Assembly (NCBI RefSeq): GCF_000150275.1
Contig: NW_002060958.1
Location: forward strand, 402,374-466,373
Origin: Trichoplax adhaerens
Taxonomy: Eukaryota; Animalia; Placozoa
DNA: 64,000 bases
Reading direction: 5' to 3'
The stretch's first letter is position 1. Every line of letters starts with the position of its first letter. Below, piece after piece: positions 25,751 through 39,100 of this stretch. The notes beneath the pieces are model-generated. The model was not told the DNA's origin, made no database searches, and was given only the letters and a program-made list of their open reading frames with translations. Both the position numbers and the translations under genes were made by a program.

Positions 25751-27681
25751 AATAATGATAAAATTATTGGTAAGCTTTGTGGAACAATCTGACACTTTCT
25801 TTTTAACCCTACAATCATAAGTAGAAATCTAGGGAAGATCCTATGAGATAGTATATTGATAGACCTGACTTTCAAGGTGATTTAACAAAGTGTGAGAAAT
25901 GAATGGTATATTAGTTCTTTTCTCAGCCATAAACTTTCTCTTAAATATCATTTAGGCACAATAAAGTTTTCCATATGTGCTTATTTCGGTGAAAATTGAA
26001 TTAAGCCAAATCATCATAAATCACAAATTATTCAAATAAAAACTCCTTTATAAACACGCATATGTCAATAAAAACTAATTATGCTTCCACATTTGCTTCA
26101 TTTAATGTAAAGAATTATTAAGAAAACATATGCCGCAATATAATGTTTGATGAGGGGAAGAGAAACATTATATTAATTATTACAGCTCTAAGCTAATGTC
26201 ATTAATAATTATTACTATAAGAAATAGGTTTTATTATAATACATTGTATCCGTACATTGATCATGGTTACAAAGAAACCTACTCTTGAATGCTTTCGCTG
26301 TATTTTATAATTATCGATTAATTAATTACTGGTTGGCCCTCGCTCGTTATACTTCGCATGTGCCAACAATACTTATACCCTTTTATTAATGATTGATACG
26401 AAAAGTAAATAAACATACCAAATAATAGTTAACCTTTATCCAATTTTCCACAAAAATGAAGTTGCAGTAAAGACATACCTATATACAGTACTATGCCTGT
26501 ACTAAGTCTACCAGAAGTAATAGTAGCATTTGTTATTATTAGATACGAAAAGTAAATACAGCTACAAGGTAATGTTTATTCTTTGTTCAATTATCCGTAA
26601 AATTGAATTTATAATACTATGCTTTGGTGAAGAACTAGTATTTTCTGTCCCCTTAAAAACGTACAGTCACAATCACAGCATATCCAGTGTGTTTTCTATA
26701 CTAGTCGATCCCTCGTTCATTATACTTCACGTGTAGCAACTGTACTCGTACTCATGCTGCTTACTAATTTACATGCGCGTTCTTTTGGCTGACATGGAAT
26801 AAATTTATGTGTCTGCTTTTAATGACTATGCGTACTATTGACTTCATTCGTAGAACAGTAGCAATTAAATTATGTAATACTCAGGATTGCGTTGCTAGCC
26901 TCTATAATTATAATTAGTCTGCATAAAGCAACTTGTTCTATCATTTTACATCATAACGTGTTTAGGCACAAGTGCTAGGAGGGGCAAGTAATGTACGAAC
27001 AATCAGGGGCAATGTGAAGTCCTCGAATAGGTGTAGTCCTGTTGGCCAATAAGTTTACAGGCTGGCAAGATACGTTATAATATGCTGTACTCATGCTTTT
27101 AGTACTATGATCGAAAATAGTAGGCGATATTAGCTACTTTCATCTAAGCGACAGGCATACGAGTAAATGTAGAAGAAGACTACGTAACTTTAATTTTTAT
27201 TCATTGGGATAGTCAGTTCAACTTGCAGACGATAACTACAGACTTCTTGCAGTAATATTATAATTATTGAAGCACTGATTATGACCGTGACTTCTCAATG
27301 AATATCAAGCCAAGACTATATTAAACTCAGAGGTTATAATTAAGAACCATATCTACATTTTTTATTGAGGTACCGAGAAATAAAATGTTTACAATACATG
27401 TTATCCACTCTGTATAATAAAGTCTATAGCTCAATATTGTTGCAGTTTTGATGTATTTTGGAGGCAAATTAAAATAAAATAATTCACGAATTTAGAGTTG
27501 TCAAAGTACTTAATATAAACCAATCATTGATTTATCTATTATTTATAGCGGTCAGAACGGTATATAATAATGCTGCCAAATGCGTTTATCGTACATTAAC
27601 CCGCGATAAGATCTTTGCAGCTTAGACCGATGAAATAAATCAACTTTACTTTTACATAAAAGGCAATATATGACTGAAATC

Positions 27682-30600
27682 TTATCTTCTAGATGTCTTT
27701 CCTTGCTTCCTCTTACCGGAATATAAATGCTTAGGCTTCAAATCGGGAATAGCTCTATCACTTTCACCTAAAATGTATTCGAGATAAGATATTAACTTAA
27801 AGATTAATCAAATAGCGAGACAAATGACGGTGACCATGGCATATAACAGTAAGTGGATTTTAAACGGTTTACAGTACCTTTCAGAGCCCCAAACCTAATT
27901 TTCTTTTGAGATTTCTTAGTTAATATTCTCGCCCTTGCCTTTTGCTGTAAAAAAACATAATCATATTTAGAATCTGTACCCAAAATAGTTGTACGTAGTT
28001 CAATTTAAATTGCAATTTTAGCTTACTGAAGGATTTGCAAAGGCCGATTCATCACGTGGTCGTGATTGGCTGCGAGTAACACTTCGTGATGCCTTACGCT
28101 TACGCTGCATGATTTCCTTCGATAGCGATTGTCGCTTTCGTGACACTGCATTAGCCTATATTGTTGATTACAACATCAATTTTCATTTACTACACAACAA
28201 TAACGAAAGGCTATAATAAAAAAAATTTGTACTTCAGTAGAAGTATCCATTGATTCCATTTCATCCATATTTTGAAATTTGTCCAGTCGCGACCGAGTAG
28301 CCTAGAGTCAGAATGGCAACGATCAGTTCTCTCAAATCTAACTATTTACCGTGGTCGTTTCATTTATCTATCTAGCGGAATACCTGTATCTTTCTTCGAG
28401 GCATTGTAGGCTTATTCCTAGATTTCTTTTCGCGATTTTTTAACGCTAGCAGCTTTTTCTTACTTCGAATACTATCAAATGATGTGTCATATAGTGTTTA
28501 ATCTATCGAACGACTTCTAGTAATAAAAAAATTATAATATAACACATACAGATCTGCTTTCTTTTTGATCTCAGTATATTCATCGTCATCTTCGTCCTAT
28601 ATACAAAGACAACATTTAAGACCTCTCTCTAACGAACTGACATACATGTGCAATAGTAGATGATTGTCATTACGTAGCAGTATTGGCTATTAAACTTACA
28701 ATTTCGTCATCGTATATTCCGGCAGCTTCTCTTAGTTCCTCTTCTCTTTCCAAACTTTCTAATTTCTAATTCAAGTTAAGAATTGTCAGTAATTTACGAG
28801 ATTAACTAGATATAAGAGTATAGATCAGATCTACATACTTCCATAATTTCAGGATCAATAAAGTCTGCAATATTTTTCCCTTCGTATATTTCGGGTACGA
28901 TATCATACTTTTCATCTTCATTCTTTAAGTCGTATTCCCCTAAAATTGTAAATATAATTTTAACAACTCAAGATTACACAAACAGTAGGTCAGATTGATG
29001 AGAGGAAATAAAGCATGCATACTTTTTAAATCTAAAATGTAATCATCTCCTAGCTCTTCTTCATAATCACGCATCTGCATATTCAGGACGTAATAAATGC
29101 GCATAATATTGAAAGGTTGTTAATAAATAAGCTAGTACAACTTTACGGAAAAGTGTTGCAAATATAAATCCAAGAAAATTCATGATACTTCAGTTTTATG
29201 AAATAATATTATCACTAACAAGCTTTTTTTTGCTAATCGAATCATCGATAGCTTTCTTTTCCTTTACTGAATCCGGAATGAACACAGGACGGTCCTACAA
29301 GAAATAGATCAAGCTATTACAAATGTAGTTTATTCTTAATTGTCAAAGTCAAGAATGGACGAACTTTATCATCTCTCTGAACTGGGGTGGCAACATGAAC
29401 CCGATTAATGATATCATTTACTCTTCGCGATTTTAGCTTGACTTCTATGCGCTGTGCTAGCAGTCTTTCACAAGCCTTTCATAATAAATGCGGTAACGCC
29501 TTCAATACCAGAACTTGACAAAATTTTGTCATACATTACATTTAATAGCTACAAAATTTTAACCTCTTTCTTAACGTCAAAAAGACCTTCCTCGGTTACT
29601 GTGCTCATTGGAAGTAAGTCAATTCCTTCAGTAGTGAGACTTTGAAGTTGAGTCTATTACGTAATAAAAGTGTTTGAATAATAATGTCGTCTCTACAAGC
29701 TTAGAAATATATTTTAATTAAGCGCATTAGAGGTAAATTTAAAATTATAATAGAGGATTTAGACCTTAACATCATCGGATAAATCTGTCACTCCAATAAT
29801 ATCGATTTTATTTAGGGCAATTAATATTGGCTGTAAACATATAATTGAGTTTGTAATAAGGAAAAAAAGTAATGCGTACGATTATTATTAAATCAAGTAC
29901 TGATGATGATTAATGATCGAATATACTATACCTTTTTGCTAAATAAGGGCTGCAAACTACGAAATAGTCCAATCTGAAATGAGCGTTGATATCATCATAA
30001 GCAATGTAGTATCTGGCATTACCATTTACGTCGTTTGGCGATAACATGTGGTAATTCCTTACCTGTTCCTCTATACTATGTCCACATTGTCCAGAGATAT
30101 CCATAATATATAAAACAGCGGCACGTAAATGTGCAAGCGCAGCAATTGCCTATCCATGAAATGAAGTTGGCCTATTATCATCGTGATCATTAATAGTAGG
30201 AAAAGCGTAATCAAAACTTACCTGCATTTCTATAGCATTCCTTTGTTCTAGAGAATGATCTAAAATCCCAGGTGTATCTACAACCTTGTAATTAAAGCAA
30301 AACATAATTCTGTCTATCAAGATGAAAGCGTCCAATAAATGGAAATCATCGCTAACATGGTATACCTGCCATCTAAGATATTTATAATCCATATGTCCAA
30401 CAAATAGAGATTTGGTCGTGAAAGCATAAGGTTGAACTTCAACGTCAGCTCGAGTTATCTTGTTGATAAAACTAGATTTACCAACGTTAGGAAATCTAAT
30501 GCGGAAAAGAATTTCAATTTCCATTACTGCATCTACATACTGTATGACTATGTTTTGACCGTACTACTGTAAGTACCAGTACGTCACAGTCGCTCATCAT

Positions 30601-32479
30601 CGGCCGGAGGAAAAGTGCAGTACTTACCCGCAGATAAGGATAGTTCTTGTATTGGGATCAATGGTCGGGAGTCGTGCTAAATGCTGCCTCACTGTGTAGC
30701 AAAGGTGTAAATACGAACAATTTAATATTAAATTAACAGAAGGAGACAATGTTCATACAGTAGCTGAATGAGGCTACATATCTCACCTTGTTCTAAGTAT
30801 TGTAGGCTCTGATTTTGTCTTTTAAGGATAGTACACATTCTAATAGTAGAATAGTTAGCAAAAATCAGAGTTATTCATGAGCTATTTTTTAAATCGAACA
30901 AAACAATGTCTTGCAAGTTCCTAATCTTCAATCCAATACCTTCCTAGGGCTGCTTTCTTTAATTGTTTACATCGGTACAGGGAATCCCCATATTTTAGTA
31001 ATCGAACATAATCTTTAGCAACACTACGAACAATAATAATAATCCATTGAATGAACAACAAGAATTTCATTACAGGATTTGGATAATAACAATTGCACTA
31101 TAAGACAACAATGTGATATTACTTGTCTATCAAATGCATTGCAGTGTTCAATTGGCCAAGAGCAAGCTTATAATGATTCTTATCGTAAAGGATATTCATA
31201 AGATCTGCATAAAATGGATGGACTTCCTAGCAAGTCAATTCGATAAATAGGCTGAGCAACGTTGGTTTGACACGAGCAAACTTTTCATTTCAGTCATGCC
31301 ATAATATTTTTCGAAAGCAAAAATCATTATTTTTATACTTACATCTAGCTTGGGGAAATCATTTAGAATCTGGCTCAAGCGATCATGGCAATTTTGTTGA
31401 GTAAACTTGACTTTTCTCATGTAAAATTGTCGAATTCGACCAATTTGATAATGTCTATAGCAAAGGAGATCGATGCATTAATGGGCTTACTATTAACGAT
31501 GCAATAAGAAGGCATTGCTATACGTATTAAGTCATTCATAATGAAGCCTAGCTGGACTATTGATGTAGGATCGAAGCAAAAATGGAATATAAATCAGGTC
31601 ATCTATTCATTTGTGACTATAATAATTGTCATTCACACGACATTAACAAATTTTGGAGTAGAGTATTCCTATTCTGCAAGCCATATCTCACTACGAATGC
31701 ATGTAGTTACAACTGCACTTCGAAGAATATATTGAACTGTATATACTGTACGTGTGTAGTAGATAAAACTAAGCACTACGCAGCCATTATAAACTAATTA
31801 CATCCTATGAAAAAGTCCATTTGGAAACGGGTCTTGTTCCAGCATCACTTATGCAATGCAGCATGAGTAATTACTCATTCCATCATCTTTCATTCCGTCC
31901 ACTCTACACTTGATCATGATGCTGCAGTAGTCAATCTATACAGTACAGTGTTATCATTGATGCTTTACCACGATTTCTACAGTTTACAGTTTATAATAAT
32001 GCTACAGCACAATTTGCACGTCTAGACTCCGATTTGCAATCAGCTAAGCGTTACTTACGAAAGTGGAAATGGTGACGTAGTCATGCAGTGCAAGAAATGA
32101 TGATATGAGAAAAGATTGTAAAGCAAAGCATCAAAATGTCCGTCATCTACTGTACAATCTATATTTACTGCACTTTTCCGATTCCTGCATAAAAGTCTGT
32201 CAAGTTACAATATTATAAGTACGTTTGAACTACATCTATCAAAATTACTTGTGAACCACCGTTGGCGTCTTCCTTTGAGTCTTGGATAAAATGATATCGA
32301 CAAAGTCCTATGCACGTACAAGAATGAATTTGGTCAAGATTTGCAAGTCATTACTATACACATTAATGCACAAGCCTTAACTACCCTAATTCTTTCCAAT
32401 TGTTGGCAAATGAAATATGTACCTTAGCAGACGGAACGACAGTGGTCTTTTTAAAGTTATAGCAAGTTGTAGCTGCCAT
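27682..32479 (-). CDS. GTPBP4: Nucleolar GTP-binding protein 1 (NOG1/GTPBP4), many short exons
   Basis: Exon 1 [19 protein letters not shown]; exon 2 [20 protein letters not shown]; [27 protein letters not shown]; G1 [10 protein letters not shown]; G2 [14 protein letters not shown]; G3 DTPGILD; G4 NKID; C-terminus [17 protein letters not shown] (TAA 27684-27682). Confidence 0.97.
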
Positions 32480-32760
32480 CTCTATCAAGACTTGATTTGA
32501 AATTTTACTTTTAAAGATTGATTGGCCTTTCGCAGACCATCGGATGCCGGTGCTTGGGTAAAAGTATCGCTTACTCGATTACGCTTGATCTCCTTACTAA
32601 TGCTTGGCCTTGATTTAGCCTACCTGGCACATGTTAGGCCAGCTGTCTGTCTGGCTTGCTGTACCGTAATCTGTCCTCACCTCGAGCCTATCACTATAGC
32701 TACTCAGAATAGAGGTATGGCACGCTACTGTACTATAGTAGCACAAGGTAAAAATGGAAG

Positions 32761-33029
32761 TAGTATGGTTCCGATTGGTCCGTAGCCGGATGGACAGACT
32801 GCGTACATCGACTGCACCTTTCTGTACTAGTATCGTTCCGATTGGTCCGTAGCCGGATGGACAGACTGCGTACACCGACTGCACCTTTCTGTACTAGTAT
32901 CGTTCCGATTGGTCCGTAGCCGGATGGACAGACTGCGTACACCGACTGCACCTTTCTGTACTAGTATCGTTCCGATTGGTCCGTAGCCGGATGGACAGAC
33001 TGCGTACACCGACTGCACCTTTCTGTACT
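32761..33029. repeat. Minisatellite, 4 x 67 bp near-identical units, in the NOG1 upstream region
   Basis: Unit gttccgattggtccgtagccggatggacagactgcgtacaccgactgcacctttctgtactagtatc starts at 32768, 32835, 32902 and 32969; one internal substitution in the first unit. Confidence 0.97.
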
Positions 33030-36000
33030 GGTTCGTATTGGTCATCCAACCTGACAAATGTACTGTAGTGTCCATACTGTAGAGTTGCTTCACAGTACAG
33101 TACAGTATGGTAGTGACGTAAAAATTACAGTACAAACCGGAGAGTGTACTGTACACTGTACGGTCATAGTCACAGCCACCAACTACTACGGCAAATGTTC
33201 TATACTGCTACTAGAAGAACACCAACGACTTAAAAGGACTTGTATGAAATGAATGGCCCATGAATGTAGAGTACACGTGCGGTAGTCCATGCCACGTTCC
33301 ATACTGTTTTAATGCACCCATTGGGAGCCCATGGCGTAATCCAGTTTACCTTGATTCTGTCTCCGAATCTTCCAATCTAACCTTGCCTAACGTCAAGGAA
33401 TTACAAGTCTTGACGACTCTGCTCTTACTATCCAAGACTACCTCAGTTCGATTACTTTACTAGTTTGTCACGAGCTAGGAAGAGGCCTAACTTACAGCAA
33501 GGATTGAGAGAGTAATTTCTATCCTATACTACTGTTATTCGGAATACTAGACAATTGGTATTCCAAGGCAGATAGGGTTTAACACAGCGAGACCTTCAAA
33601 ACTTACTAGAAAATCGCAATCGAATTTATTGTCGGCGAACTCGCCGTTGATATTACTAAGACATTTCCTCTAAGCTTAGGAATTGTACTTTCGACCTTAA
33701 CAACTTTGGAGGTGATAGATACAAGCCAGTTTAGCTGGTTGCCAATGACGATTTTAGTCTATCTAATCCTAAATGAAGGATATCAACTGTTAACCACTAA
33801 AATTACAATTAAGGAGACCGTAAAACATTTCTGAGATTTAAACATATATAGAACGTAACATACAAATAAAGCATACATCACCAAGATTACTTTTGTGACA
33901 CTTAGTTATAGATTGTAGTAGTGTTACCACGCAATAATTACTGTACATGAAACACTGCAATAGTAATCATGTCAGAATCACAACAACAGTACAGTTTTAC
34001 TGCTGTAGTGGTTGCCCGAAGAATAACTTGCCTATATATGTAATTGATTTTATCTTTACTCCTTCGTATAGTGCTATCAAAAATTCAATTTTCAAAGTCA
34101 TATTAATACAGTATCACCATCTGCAATATAAGAGCTTATTGCACTACAGTCGCTTTTCTTACTTTCAACGTTATCGTACCTCTAGAGCACAAAGAATGAA
34201 CACTTGACTAGATCAGTTCGTCGAGTTGCTTGATATCTCTTGGACTACCTCAGAGCTTGTAATATATGAAGCAAATTTCTGTTTACAAGTCCCTGGCTGA
34301 GTGCATGTTTTTAATGGATGGATATCCCTCTTTCTACTGTGTTATTGCAATAAACCATGACATGTATTGCTAATGACTTAGTAGAATATTAACTGTACTA
34401 TTGGTAAGGGTATTAGGGTATCGGCCATCACTGATTATCTAGTTTATAGAGTAAATAAGAACAAGTTGATAGGGTCTTGTTCCACTCCGGAAATTTTTTC
34501 GGTGGCAAACGACATTAGGGCTTCCTGTACGATAGCTCGGCAATTTAATTTAGGTACTCTGATGTAAGGTAGACATACCTGCAATAAGCATGCTTTTTCA
34601 TGAGTCATATAAAATGTACTAGCTGAGATATTCTTTCGAAATAAACTGGCACAATTTTCAACGACATCCATCAATATCGTCCATGCTGCACTAGGCAATG
34701 GTTACTCCTGCACAAGGATGCTAATTACTGGTCTGAAGAATAAGCAAAGAGGATTATAAAACATTTCATTTTATTGTACAAGCATAAGTATTGTATTTAC
34801 GGATTACACAATAGCCCAATTTATCTTTTAACTCGATGAACATTGGCAACCGAAGAGAGATCGTATTAATACTCACGACAAAACAGATATAGAAGTGTAT
34901 GTACAAGGTTGGAATATGAACACGTCGGATTTATACCAAAGTTATCACTTATTGTTGTAATAGATACATAATTTAGAGAGGAATTGAAATAATAGGCCAA
35001 ATCACGAAATCTCAAAAGCAAAAGCGTAACGGCTTGCATTCACGCTCGTACTTAACGAGAACTCGCAATCTTTGTCACCTACAAATATACTTAAGTTACA
35101 AATATTTCTCTTTAGGATGATCTAGACAACGGAAAAAATTGTAACCTAGAGGAATGTTAATAGTTAATTACACTGTACACAGGAATAAAAACATCGACAT
35201 GAATAAACAATAATAATCACAAAGATCTATAAAACTTCAGTTTTACCAATGGATTTATATTGTTATATCGCAAATGTTCGGCTAAAAGATTACAGCAGAC
35301 GAGTATTGTAAAAATGGTATCAAATCCGCTTCGTCAAGAAACGGTAATGATAATAACGAAAGCAATGATTTTAAATAAATCAATTCAGACGTTGAATAGG
35401 TAAAGATGACAAATCAAAATTGAACTTATTTTCACTCCATGACAGGATAATCTTCGAATACGCGTATGTACTAAATGCGAAATGGTTAATAAAGAACATA
35501 AATTATATAATTATGAATCAAATATTGTACAAGACAATAAGCTTCTAATCTGAATATATACTCCCAATTGTAAAATTACTGCAGAGAATATTATCCTGAC
35601 ATTACACTAAATTCCAAAAAACAATTTCCGCAATATCGCATGATTTCGTTATCAGTAATTGAATAACGACTAGTGATGCTATCCAGAGTGGGTAAATAGA
35701 CAGACACAGATATACAGTAACAAATACAATTGTACGTACTGATGTAAGTACAATTATGGTCAATACCATTAAACACGATGGTACTGATTTAGGAAATACT
35801 CCGTAACAATATATGCTTCAATAGCATACAATTCATTATTAGGCATAAAGTAAAAAAGAATATAGTAAATAGTATATAAAATAAACATGAAATGAAGAAT
35901 TTCAAGGGATGAAATAGTACTTGATAGTACAATAATGTAATAGTAACTGACAAACAAAAATTGTTATAACATTGCTATATTTTGAATATAGGCGTATGTT

Positions 36001-36118
36001 CTGCAAACAATTTCATTTATTGTCTATGTTGATATAATTTTTTACGAAACAATTTGTTAAAAACATTTTAAAGAAATCTTAAGAAAAGGTTTACCGAATT
36101 AGTAGATTAGTTACATGA

Positions 36119-39100
36119 TTAAACAGTTGATTCTTCAGATTTAGGAGGGAGTTCTACTTCAATAGGATTCAAATTTTCAAAATGTTCTTCTTCTTGGATT
36201 GGTTGATCACATAATGAAGCTAATCTCTCGGCTACACAGCCGGCAGTTAAGCGAGCTTCAGCATCATCATCCCAGCAGTCTTCTATAGTTTCTCTAATCA
36301 AATCCGCAGACTGTCATTCATGCAATAAAGTATAGTTAAACACTTGAAGGTAGAGGCATCAATTTAATAAATAGAATGTAAATATATGCCTAAAACTTAC
36401 AGGAAACGACAGAAAGTTATTTTCCATTTTAGGTCGGCTTTTTTTATCTACAACAAATGTCTGCATTTGTTCTAACGTTGGTACTCTACCCAATTCTTCT
36501 TCAAAAGGTAGATGATAAGCACCCGGTGGACCTACATTAAAATTCGATGTATTATTTGACTGTGAAAAAATCTACAATTATCACAGATGTTTCACTTACT
36601 GTCATTTATAGAGCAACGTGACATTATTTCCCATAGTACAAGAGCCAATGCATAAACATCAATTCGTAGGAAAGATTCTCTGTTGAAACTAATTGCTCCA
36701 TCGAGGACTTCAGGTGACATATATCTGTAAGTACCAACCTGTACATACAGAGAAGGTAATCAAGGTCAACAATGATACAAAAAATGCATTTAGTTATTGC
36801 GATACCATCAACGTATATACCTGCGCATGTATATCTATAGGACGAGTATTGGCATCGAATTTAACGGCTAATCCAAAATCTGCAATACAACAGGTGCCAT
36901 CCGATTTTACAAGAACATTTTTACTTTTAAAGTCTCTATGGGCAATGGACGGCTTGGAAAGTTCACCGTCAGTTCCGATGCCTTCCCAATGTAGATACGC
37001 TAGTCCCTCCGCAATACTTCTAGCCATCTTAATCGCCGCATTCCAATCTAATGCATTATCTTTTAAAAAGCCATGAAGTGAGCCTAACAGCCAAAATAGA
37101 AAAAATGCTTGGTTTTAGCTTGAGATTTAAGGGTCTGATAGAAACTTAAACTGCGCCTTTTATTTCGTTACTTAATATTTCTAGCGCTCGAACTACAAAT
37201 TGGGTAGCGGTTGTAAATACCTTGGCAATGAAATTCAGTAACTATCCAGTACTCATCTTCATGTCGCTTTTCTGCAAAGTAGAAATGCAGTATCTGCGAA
37301 TGTGAAGCAAGATAATGATACATTTCCTTTTCGGCTTCCCATGACATCTTTTTTTGTTGCGTTAATATTTTTACTGCAACTAGGCTGTTATTTGCATGAA
37401 TGTCATTATGGTTGTTATGCCAGTTATGAGACGTACTATTTAACTTTCCTTTCCAAACAGATCCACAGGCACCATAGCCAATGCGTTCAATAAGTTCAAC
37501 ATCATAGGTTTTATCATTATTTTCAGGTCTCAGATTGTTCATTGGAATCACGTTTGTTCCCCCATTTTCTTGTCTTATTGCGTTTCTTCGACACATCCAG
37601 TAAGTTAACGCAATAGTGGCTAAAACAATAACTGCTATCGGAATGATAACCGCTAAAGCAATCTGTGAAGATGGAATAGGTGAGTCGGTTGTTGAATAGC
37701 CACTAGATAAATTCACAGCTGCTGAAGGTGTAGCTACATTCACAGGAATACGAAAGCAAACAACGATTACCCTAATTTTGTCGTCATCATCGTAAGTGAT
37801 TAAACTGATAGGCTGATTGATAGATATCTATAATTCTAATTTATTCTAACCTGATGCTGTTGTAGTCTCATAGGTTACATTGTTTAAGTCAAGGAGGTAA
37901 TGCTTATTGCAATAATCATCCTTACAGCAACAACGGTAAGTTCTTGAGGAGTTATGATAAATCAACGGACAATTTTTATCTTCACTACAGGTAAAATCTG
38001 CATTGGCCCAACAATCTATTAAATGGATATACGTATCAAGAAAGTAAAAAAGGCAACGTTAATTATAATTTTTAATTAAGACATGGATAAAATGATGGCT
38101 AAAATTCTTTAAAATCAATATGATCATTTTAAGACTTGTTTTAATTCATCAATTGATTACACATTGAAAAAAAAAAAATTGTATTAAATTTATTTTTGGT
38201 AGAATTGTAATAACCGTAATGACGTCTTAAAATTAATGTAACTAATGCAAAGAACATCCCTTGCTATCTAAAGATGTTTACAGAATTATCAGCATTCATA
38301 ACTCGTGCAGAGTCAGTCATTATTACGCCAGTCTACATTCTAAGCTAAGTTATTTTAATACTGGAAACGAGAATAAGTGATTGCTAAATAATTGCTACTA
38401 GTTGATTATTATCACTTTGCAATATACGCGTATATTAATTCTCAAAAACACGGCATAAAGTAAGATTGTAATTGAAATACGAGTAATATCGATTGTAGAT
38501 GTCACGAATAAAGCTTAATATCGTAGTCGAGGAGTATAAAAGTTACCAATGAATCAAATCAATTTCAAGCTTTATCAACTCACCTAGAAATGATAATTCT
38601 ATACCATGCGGAAAAGAAGAATTCCTTCTAAAAACTGCTATACAGTGTTCTCTAGATACACTATCGTTGCAATGAACAGTAGTAAGGCATCCGTATATTG
38701 ACTGGTTAATAGCTGCTGTTGAGGAGAAGTTGACGTTACATTTCCCATAATCATACTTATAACAAAACCGCGCACCGGAGACGTTTGATAAATCTGCCAA
38801 ATTTAATAAAATATGTATATATTAGAACGTCATGAATGTAATGTAAAGTAACAGTGATTTAATGTCATTAAACTTTTAACGAAGAACTAATACAATATTA
38901 ATACTATTAATTATAGGCAAAGAGTTACAATAGCGCTCATATAATGTAGATATTTATTAATTCATATGTATTGAACAGATGAAAAATACTAAATTCTTGA
39001 TAAGCAGCAAAAAACGAGAGCGATAACCATTATCATATCTATAGTACTTCAGCAGTCAAATCAAATAGCAATAATTACATGTGTGGCGATAATAAATAAT

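Noticed and set aside
860-25795. Four repeated two-gene (operon-like) modules of a ~245-aa and a ~650-aa ORF
   Set aside because: Each pair is joined in frame by canonical splice sites at the same position and phase, and the genome is eukaryotic. The track's starts for the large ORFs are internal Met or TTG codons.
30500-30610. Intronic C/D snoRNA in NOG1 (GATGATGA on the minus strand near 30600)
   Set aside because: No downstream CTGA D box or terminal stem within the intron.
32761-33029. CRISPR-like array, and ORFs 32522-33156 overlapping it
   Set aside because: Units are identical head to tail with no unique spacers and no cas genes; the ORFs are by-products of the repeat.
36693-37493. 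Plus-strand ORFs of 127 and 63 aa
   Set aside because: Antisense to ACVR2 kinase exons.
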